The notes under the pieces are model-generated. The model was not told the DNA's origin. It did not search any database and worked only from the letters and a program-made list of their open reading frames with translations. Both the position numbers and the translations under genes were made by a program. Shown here one piece after another: positions 12,501 through 23,284 of a stretch of 64,000 nucleotides of DNA. Source of the DNA: Podarcis vaucheri (taxonomy: Eukaryota); NCBI GenBank assembly GCA_965113315.1, contig OZ220363.1. One strand, 5' to 3'. Position 1 is the stretch's first letter. Every line of letters begins with the position of its first letter.

Positions 12501-15500
12501 TTTGAGAATTTCCTCTAATTCCATCTATCAGATGTAGGCCTTTTTGTGCAAATGCACTTTAAACTGACCTTTGAGTCTACTGATCTGTATTCTCAAAAGC
12601 TTGCTTGGTTTCAGTCTTTTAAGCTTGACAAATTTGCCACGAGCAGTTGTTTTTTAAGTAGACAGAAGTGTGTCACCTTCCCCCCAAAACTTACATTATC
12701 GTTCTCTCTTCAAAACACTCTGAAGCAGATGCAAGGTGATATGGCTCTGCAACAGGTGGCAATGTGCCAAGACTGGCCACAACTCTAGGTTTCATAGAAG
12801 CAAGGACCTTCAGCAAAAACCCTAGTACTTAAATGTGGAAGAAAAGCCTATGCGTAGTACCAGTGCAGAGAAACTGCCTTTCAGCCCTTATGTACTGAGG
12901 AAGGCTGCTTCCAGTCTGGTCATGGCTTTTCTTGTCATAAATAGGCAGAAAGTTTTCTCAGTGGCGTAGCGTGGGGGTTGCAGGGGGGGCCGGCCGCACC
13001 GGGCGCAACATCTGGGGGTTAGGGTTAGGGGGCGCAAATTACTTGCCTTGCCCCGGGTGCTGACAACCCACGCTACGCCACTGAGTTTTCTCAAGTGTGA
13101 ACAGAGCCAGACCTCTCTTTTCCACTTGCCAGTCTTAGGAATACACACACACACACACACACACACACATATTTATTTATAATAAAAGGTACATCCTCCT
13201 ACTTTTATTTTCTAAGGGAGATGTCCAAAGTGGCCACCATCATTTCAAATAAAACAATTAAGAAACAAGGTTTCATCCTCACTTGTCAAACCATTGGTCG
13301 AGTTTGCGCAAGCCACAAACCATAGTTTAGTGTTAGGTTCTTGAGTTTCCCCCTCTGCTCTTCCAGCACAACTGCACTTATAGTGTTAGTTGTGGTTCAT
13401 CCAAACAAGCAAGTGGGATCATACAGTCTAGTAGATGGGACCGAGAAGTAATTCAAAATAATTCACAATTTCAAACAATATGGTTCAAGTTATTTCTTTA
13501 TGTTTCTCTTATTTCTGAGTAAACACATTGAGAACATATTTGTCATCTTAGAACAGATGGATCTAATTTTGTGACGTCACAGCTATGTCTCAAAGTGGGA
13601 ATCATGGGCAGGCACTTATGATGCAATATGCAGGGGATTATGACATCACTAAGTGAATGAGTTTCAGGAAAACCCAGCACTTGGGAATTCTGGAGAACTT
13701 ATCTTCAGGCAAATTCTTGTTATAGTGAATAATGAATGAGAGAGATGCAAGGTGCATCTCTCAGGCAGATTGTTGTCTGGACAAGCTTTTCATGGAATGT
13801 TATTCCACAAAACGTCATCCCATCTGTAGTTATTCTGTTTACCAGGTCTCTCTTCTACATATCCCCTCTTACCCACATCTTAGATGCAAAGTTATTGTTA
13901 TTACATGATCTAGTTGCTGAATTGGGCTACTTAAGTGTTGCAGTTGTACCCTTGATGTTCTAAATAGTAATTTTTATTTGGGATTGTGTTTTCACTACTT
14001 AAAATGTACCTTACCACACTTTTTAAAGGAGCTCTTGGGGAAAATATTTAGTGTATTGTTCGGATTCATTTCCATCCGTTTCTTCATTTTGGTAAAGAAA
14101 AACACTGGCCGCTGTTTCTGTTTGTTTAGGAATTTAAGAAACCTGTGTTCACTTGCTGTTGTTTCCCTTTCAGACTATCAAGCCCCAAGTGGAAACAGAG
14201 GAGAAGCCAACAGAGATTCATACAGTTGCTCCTCCTGCACCACCCAAACCAAAACGAGAAGAAAACCCACAGGTACTAGTACAAATATCTACAATATCCT
14301 TTTGTGGGGTTGGGCAGATTTTTTTAAAAAATCTGTCTTTAGAAATGCTTATTTTCATCTACATTTTAATGCCACTTTTCCTCTTAAAAGAGATTCACAT
14401 TCTTCACAGTGTTATTGCTGCAGTGAAGAGGTCTATATGTCTGAGGAATGCTAAATCTAGCCACAAATTCCAGTTCACCAAATATTTTCAGGGCTAGAAG
14501 AAAGAAAGAGCATTATATAATATATTATGATAATGATGCATGTATGTAGCACTTAAGGGTGTTCAAAGTGCTTCATGTTTTCTTAGTAATTTTTGCAATA
14601 ACCCTGTAATGGTTAGGAGGCTGAAAGAATCTAGCCTTGCTTTAAGTTCTTGCCTAAGGTAAGGCTTGAACAGTGGCTTTTCCAGCTCTCTCTACTGTTC
14701 TATATAGATAGAAATCCAAAATTATCCTTAGCTCTTTTGAGTGTTCAGATTGCATCACACACGGCAACTTCTCCAATCCCACAGGCACATTTTAAACATG
14801 TTTCGGTTGGCCTTGTTTGACTAAGGAAAAGTTGTATTTGCTGGCGCCGTGACTGCCCCTCCCCTTTGCAAAGGTAGCATGGGGGCTTAAGGATGTCCCA
14901 AGAGACTTTGTGCATGGATGCCCAGTATACTCATCCTACACACAACAAACACACACTGGCCTTTCCTGAAAGCTGAGAGTGTCCTGACACCTCGGCTTGA
15001 AGGTGCTCCAAGTGTCTCCAGCCCTCCCTTCACCTTTCCTGTTTCCAAAGATGAAAATACACCCTGTGAAAAATCTCACAATTATGGTTTGTATAACAAA
15101 TAATAAGACCCAAATTATATTCACATAGTAGCTATATTGTACTGGTACATAGTAGCTATATTGTACTGGTACATGTTTTAATACCTGTACAAATTTAACA
15201 ATAAAGCTACAGCTCACTGGTAACCATTTCAACAAAGGAGCGTCTCCACCCCCATCATTCTACCCGGACACTGAGGTCCAGCACCGAGGGCCTTCTGGCG
15301 GTTCCCTCACTGCGAGAAGCCAAGTTACAGGGAACCAGGCAGAGGGCCTTCTCGGTAGTGGCGCCTTCCCTGTGGAACACCCTCCCACCAGATGTCAAAG
15401 AGAACAACAACTACCAGGCTTTTAGAAAACATCTGAAGGCAGCCCTGTTTCGGGAAGCTTTTAATGTTTGATGTATTATAGTATTTTAATATTCTTTTGG

Positions 15501-15556
15501 AAGCCGCTCAGAGTGGCTGGGGAAGCCCAGCCAGATGGGCGGGGTATAAATAATAA

Positions 15557-15602
<46 letters not shown>

Positions 15603-18600
15603 GGGTTTTTGTTTAATCAAGCTCCTGAACATTTGCATCATGTAAGTTTGAAAATAACACATTATAAATAACATAAATGCCTGTGGATTTATTTTGTTTT
15701 CTGTGGGACAATGACACATTTAAGTGAGTGTGTGAAGGTTCCCCCAGCTGTTAGAAAAGAGAGATTGGGTGAGTTTATTCTTTCCTTGGGTGAGTGGAGT
15801 TATAATAGCATTTCAGACAGCTTGTTTTCCAAGAATACCTGCAACTCAGAAAAACACTTCTGATGAAATGGACTTTAGTCCACAGAAGCTTCTACCATAA
15901 TAGATTTGTGAGTCTTCAATGTGCCACAATTCTTTCTTTTCTTTTCTTTTTCTTTTTGTTGCGAGAGGTTAACATAGCTATCACCCTGCAAATCTTTCAG
16001 AAAGCGCAAGCTAAGAAACCTGGATTCTGGCAGCTTGAGCAACACACAAAATCAACTGGAACTAGTGAATCTCCCTCGGGGCCCATTTAGACAATATTCT
16101 ACCATCAAAATTCTGATATTTTTTTTAAGGGGGAGATCTTGGTTTCCCCTCTGCACAGGGAGAAGATATTAAATGAGCCAAGAGACTTCACTTTTTACTA
16201 ATTTACTTAGTATTGTCAGAATCTGAAATACTTTTTTGCTCCACTGTGGCTGTCCTTTTGCAGTCCATGTGATTCATGTACAGTGAAAGGGAATGAGGCC
16301 AAACATTGTCACACAGGTCTAGTCTCTTGAATTCTAAAACATGGTTCATGGAGTTAAGAAATCATAGACTGCAAATACTTGACCTGAACAGTTGTGCTAG
16401 ATGAGATGAAAGTGCACTACTGCTTTTTGAATCTCACGGTTCTCATGCCCTAAAACTTTTTATAGCGGTCTAAGAATAGCATAACTTGGCTGTCTCTTTA
16501 AAATAGATACATACAGCTGTGATGTTCTGCGCAAACAGCTTATGCAGCAATCATCTGGACAGTTCAGAAATCCTTGCTTGTGCTGGAAGGCTTCCATGTT
16601 TTCAGGTTTCGAGTAATCTCCAGTTAGATAACTATGGCTTTCATAATTCAAGTCACACTATGTTCTATTTTCATTTTCATAAAGTATAATGTTATTTATT
16701 ATTTATTATTTTATTCATTTATACATTGCTTGATTGTAAAAACAAACAAACCTCAAAGCAATTTACAAAACGATAAACCATAAAATCATGAGAATTTTAC
16801 AATATATCTGATGCACATGCAAGTTTATACAGGGATTTTTTTTTTATAATTTTTCAAATTAGTTTTGAATGGACAGCAAAGGCCTAGGGTGCAGCTGAAC
16901 TGTTAGGTTCAGAGTTGGGGGCTATTTGTAAATAGTGGTCAGAGGAAGCTGAAATGCAGAGAAGTACAGACAGTGTATCTAATTAGCAGTGATAATTCAC
17001 AAAGCAGTTGTTGGTAATACAGATTATCTTAATTATCTTACTCAGTATGCCAACAAATATTTTGTCTTAGGTCAGTCCACAAGTGATAGCAATGTGCTTG
17101 TTGTATTGTAATTCAGCAGTTACAGGTGCAGCTAGTTTTAAATTGGTGTTTCTCTGCAGCAACACTTGTGTCTGCATCTTTTAACTCCCAAGTCCATGCT
17201 TCTGGGAGCCCTGGCCTAGTCAGGCTTTAGGAATCACGTATATGCATCTATGTTGTCCAGCCTTTATGAGGTTGCTGTAGAAAACACTAGTGTCCCTGCT
17301 GCATAAAGACTTCTGTGTAAAATGTGGAGCTGCCTTCAGTCTCATAGATCCACAGAGATGAGCTTGCCAACCCTCCTTTTTGAACTAAGGGATATGCAAG
17401 TTGTATAAAGAGACATAGTGCCGTTATTTGCTTCATTTTATGAAGTGCCATTTCAGATATACAGGTGATGTATGTTTTTGAAAAATTGCTCAGTGAAAAT
17501 TGTATCACTTTTTTAAAGCTACTATTTCACCTTAAAATAAGTTTAGTTCCTCTTTTAATTTGATTGAATTGTTTTCTTCTTCTTTTCTGATACAGAAACT
17601 TGCCTTCATGGTGTCTCTTGGACTGGTTACACATGACCATCTAGAAGGTAAGAAAAATGACTATGGCTGCAATCTTTGCACGCTATCAAGGAAAAAGTTT
17701 ATTTAACTTAATGGTGCTTACTTCCAAGTAAATAAGTTTAGGATTGAGCTGCATAAATTATTCCAGAGCTCTGGAATTAATGTAAAAGTTTCAAATATTT
17801 CTGCTTAGAGTGAATACTTTCCCATGTATCAAAGTTTAAAATATCAGTTTTAAAAATGAAATATTTTCTGTTCAAGGTTATGGGTTGTTTCCTGGACTTG
17901 AAAAAATGACCAAATAGGTTGATGATTCTAAATGCTAGTCTGATTTTTAGGTTTCTGACTAGGAGATCTAAGGTCACAAATATGGTTTCTTCAATATCAG
18001 AACCACCACAGTACTATTTTTCAAATAACTTAATTTCCTTTATCAATTAATTAGCACATAGTTTAAACTGAGGGAAACTATTTTGACTGGCAGGCTGGAT
18101 CCTAGGTTCCCTCAACCCTGGCAGCAACTCTGCCAATCAGCTGATCTCACTATGAAGTCAGGTGACTAATTTTTCATTTCTGTGCAACAACGCGTGCTGC
18201 AAAAGAAAACATGAGGCTTGAAGTTTTTGCCCATCGGCTGAAAGGCAGTGACTCCAAGTCTCTTTTCTGTAAGGATCAGCTGTGTTGCCAATTCAGTGGG
18301 CAGTGACACCAAGCCTACTTTCTGCAGAGATATCATCTGCACAGCGTATCCATCAGCCCACTGCAGTTCCATCTGCTCCACTTTGAACAACAGGGAACAT
18401 GCTTTAAGCTCTCAATTGTGCCTTCGCAGCCACATCTCTACCTGCCCCACACCTGTTGTCACATATGAAGTCAGGTGTGGGGCACATGGGAGTGGTTTGG
18501 GGAAAGCGGCCTCCCATGGCCTGGAGATTCCTCACCCCTGGGTTAAATATATTTAAATGGTTTTGTACCTTTAAAAAAGTTTGCAATATTTTGATATGAA

Positions 18601-19517
18601 GTTGTTGTAATCCACCTTTGCATTGAGAAATACTGGGATATAAGTCGAGCAAATAAATCAGTCTTCAAACCAACTCCCTGCCTCTGGCAGAAATAAGTTG
18701 CCAGCAACAAATTTTGTGTGGCACAGAATGTGGAAGATAAAAATATCAGCTGAGAGCTTTTGGAAGAGCAGGAAACACTTTCTCAAGCTAATTTACTTTC
18801 TTTTACTTCACTTTCCTCTCTACTTTCAACCCATTTATATAATATGGATGTTTCTTCAGAATTAAGTTTGTATAGAGCATTTTAGAAACCATAGTTCCTG
18901 ATTCCTAACTTGCTCATACTAGATATTGAGGTCTTTGTGCCCTTTACAAATGCTTTTATTTCTACCCTTTCCCCAAGAAATACAAAGTAAGCGACAAGAA
19001 AGGAAACGAAGGACAACAGCAAATCCAGTGTACAGCGGAGCTGTCTTTGAGCCTGAGGTAACAATTTTTGCTTATAAAATAAGTAAATAACTTGCTGAAA
19101 AGCATTTTGCTCATTGCTTCAGCATTCTAGGTGTATGAAAACAATCACATTCGAAGCTAGACAGTGGGACTGTCATCACTTAAGAGAGCATAAAGGACAA
19201 TTATAAATGGAAAGAAGTTTCCTACTTTATACTTTCTTTCCCTTATATCTCCCCCCTCCTCCTTCTTCTCTGGCATGATTGCAGACTTGGCATTGAATTA
19301 TTTCTCTCATCACAAGTGGGATCAGCATTGCCTGTAATTGTGTGAAAGACTAGCTTTTCTACAGGGTAGTATCCAGATACTGAAACGATAATGGACATAA
19401 TCTGAAGAAAGTTAAACATACATTTGATTCTTACTGAAATTTATGGATTTAAGTGGAAAAGCCTGTTTGCTTCAATGGGACTCAACACTTGTGTTCTTCC
19501 AGATTTTTTATATAGTC

Positions 19518-19564
<47 letters not shown>

Positions 19565-22500
19565 GTGTAGATGTAGCTTTCACTTGCCAAAACAGTTGGC
19601 TAACTACTTTCTTCCTTTCTTCTGTAAAGCGCAAGAAGAGCGCAGTCACATACCTGAACAGCACAATGCATCCTGGGACACGTAAACGAGGTAGGTGTCT
19701 CATAATAGCACCTCCCTGTATGTTTATTTCCCTTTCTTTTGGACTGAAATAAAACAATATAGAAAATAGTTTTGTGGTACTGAATACACATAGTAGGTAT
19801 GCTGTAACCCTGGTAGGCAGCTACTCTACAGAAGCATCCTTTGTTGGTAGGCTTTGGGGGTAATCTGGAATGAATAAGGATATATATGGGAGAATTTCCT
19901 GTGTGTGAACTGCCCTGGGCCAGTAAAGATTCCCAACCCAGATTAGTAAATGTAACCCGTCATGCAGACTAGAAGGGGGGTGCCAAGGTGGTAACTGAGC
20001 TCCCATTCTGAGACTCTTCCTGGGTAGTGACTAAGTGCGTTTGGTCCTATGTTAGGACTCACTGTTTATGAAATTATTTCTTGTTCTGTTAAGAACATGT
20101 TCAGGTTTCTTTGAAAGGCGAGTTACTTGATATTTGATGAAATCGTGTGGCAACCGTGGTACTCTTAAAATTATTACAGGGATGCTTGCAAAATTCTTCC
20201 TACCCAATTTTCTCCTTAGATTTCAAGGTTCCGAATTCTTGATCTTGCTTATGGAATGGCACCAGTAATCTGCCATTTTTCCGTTTTTTTATTGTACAGA
20301 CTTTGTTTAGGCTGCTACACATGCAGTTCACTAGTTTTCCATTTGCATATTCCCCCCCACACACATTACAGGTTACTAATCCATGCCATACTAACGAAAA
20401 AGGCAGTAGTAACATGGCCATATCTATTCATGTGCCCTAGTGTGTATCTGTAAACTGTTAAGGGTTAGGAGTAATGTTGAAAATGGAAAACTGGCAAACT
20501 GCATATAAGCCAGTCCTGAGATGTATTTTAGAAATTGTCCATGTAAAACTGTAAGGCAGGTAAAGCAGAGCATGGGGCAGCCAATCCATGGAACAAGAAA
20601 AGAACTTGGGATATCTATTTTATCCCTTGATCTAAACTGTGCTGCTTCCACTGTGAACAATATATCTAGTATTAAAGGAAAGAGAGCCCAGTTGAAACTG
20701 AGATGGTGTGAACTTTGGAAGGTTTGCTCAGAAACACTTTTCCTTGAGGAGGGAAGGTTTCTGCATTCTCCCTGCATCTTGAACCTTTAAGTGTTGTTTG
20801 GTCTCCAACAAGCAAATGATGCACAGTTTTTGAAGTTTTGAGATGAAGCCCTCAGCTTCAGTAGGTTGTGACAGCTATCGACATGGTTGAGTTCAAGAGA
20901 GGTTAAGTTAATTCCTAATGCTTTGGGTGACCCTAAGATCACCAGAGAATGTATGTTGATGGCCAGGAATCAGAAAGGTACTACATCATCAATGCTTGTT
21001 GTTGCTAATACATCACCAAGCATGTCTGTTTTGTGTCTGAGACAAGTTACTACTGATCTGCTCTCGTGTGGTGGTTGCTGTGTTCTTAGAGCCAGCCAAT
21101 TGCACAGTAGAACTAAGCTTGGCTTTGAGATTAATTTATTTTGACTCTGTTCAGTGCTAAATATCATGGGTGAGCACTGAATGCCCTTTCTGTAATGCTT
21201 TCTAATGTTTCCTCTGCTCCTGGGCCTGTTGTTCAAAAACAAATGGCCAGGTCAGAGGACGTAAGTTGTATAATACTTGATATTTCAAATGTTAAAAGAT
21301 AAATGCACTATGTACCTAATAGGATGAGTGTGTTCATGCACATGAGTGTTTGGGTGAGTTATTAGGTAGCTCAGTAGAGTGCATTTGTCTCTTTCTGTTT
21401 AGCCCACTGATTTGAATTTGCTTAAAATGATAGTGCCTGATATTATTATTATATTTATTTATTTATTTATTTATTATTAGTCTTTGGCAGCTTTTGGCAT
21501 TTTGAAAATAAGGTGATTTTCTCATTGCAGTTTACATTGAGCAGGCTTTACTTTCTCCAAAAATTGCTGCCATAACTGCTCATTTCAGCTATTAGTGCAT
21601 TTCCCCAGGAGATCAGATGTTCAGAGGAGCCCTTCTTTCCTTGCATAATTTGTTTCTCACCTGAAGCAAAATTGGATGTACTGGGTTTTTTTGCACTGTG
21701 TCCCTCAACACACAGAGGGCATTGGCCTTCAGTGCCACTTTCCATCAGAGTTGTTAGGTGCCATTTACTGAAGATAATGATTACTATGCATGTTTAATTT
21801 GATCTTCCTGCCTCTTTTCTCAGTCTCTAGCTTCACTTATTGACTGCTTAAATATCTTTATTTATATATTCCTCTCTGAGCATATGCCTCTCTCATCAAT
21901 CATCAGAGTAGTGGTAATACAAAAGACAAAGATTGGTGTTTCCTACAGTGTTGTGATTTCACTTGGAATAATAGCACACTTTATCGTGAGTTATATCTTC
22001 CTACAATCAGCAGGATAGGATTTTATCTTAACTCTTCATACTTGCGGATTTGCTTTGTTGAGGCTTTCTCCCACTTAGGCTACCTTACAGCTCCTTTTGC
22101 TGAGAGAGATCTCATGGGGTTGCAGGCCATAATTTTCTCTGGCATTTGTGGAATGTTGTGAGTTTTTCTTAGCACAAAGGTGGTATTTAGATGTAGGTTT
22201 CACCTTAGGCTCACTGAGGGTGATTTACCAATGGTCATAACAATGTGATGGAGATACCATGATAAACTAGAGTGGTAGAAATCATGGCAGCTTTTCTTTG
22301 CCAGTGGAATTTGGGGCTGGTAAGTTAAAAGTTAAAGACATTAGTGTGGTTATATAGATATATTGGGAGTAGTGCTCTTTCTGAAGGCATGTGTTTTCTC
22401 TCTTGTGATACCATCCTTCCTTACACAATTCTCCTTTAAGTGTCTTAAAAATAACTTTACAGTCCTGACTTGGCTTTCTTTCACTCGTGACTATAATACT

Positions 22501-22950
22501 AACTTCTTCTCTGTACTACATCACTTCCTTTTTTTCATGCTAGCCAATGAGGAGCACTGGCCAAAGGTATGTAAGATTATTTCCCCTCCCCTTTTTGTTC
22601 CCTTTTGTTAATGTGTAGGTCGTCCACCTAAATACAACACGGTGCTGGGGTTTGGGGCTCTGACCCCCACATCCCCTCTGTCCAGTCATCCTGACTCCCC
22701 TGAAAATGAAAAGACAGAGACCACATTTTCTTTCCCCGCAACTGTTCATCCTGTGTCCCTGCCCAGCCCCAGCTCCACAGACGTAAGTAATTCTTCCTGA
22801 GAGGTTTGCTGTTCGAAGAGACCGTGGAGACTTCAGAATTTGGTTCTTTAGATGCACTGGTATTATGGTAAACTGCAATAATATGACCCCCTTCTTCAGC
22901 CCCCTACACTTCTACTTGTACCTATTCACCCCCCACCCAAACTCTGGAGT

Positions 22951-22983
<33 letters not shown>

Positions 22984-23238
22984 GCAGGTTTTGGTGTCTT
23001 CGGGTGTCTTCCCGTGTAAGAGTCGGGGTGTCTGTGCGACGTTTCGATGAGGTCTCACTCGTCATCTTCAGGCTGGTGCTTACGGCTTCTTGTTCCAGTA
23101 ACAAGAAGCCGTAAGCACCAGCCTGAAGATGACGAGTGAGACCTCGTCGAAACGTCGCACAGACACCCCGACTCTTACACGGGAAGACACCCGAAGACAC
23201 CAAAACCTGCATTCCTGTACCCGTGAAAATCTACGAAA

Positions 23239-23284
<46 letters not shown>

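Noticed and set aside
21401-21512. Strong acceptor (ctttctgtttag) as a possible poison exon
   Set aside because: Weak donor and no evidence beyond motif; needs RNA data
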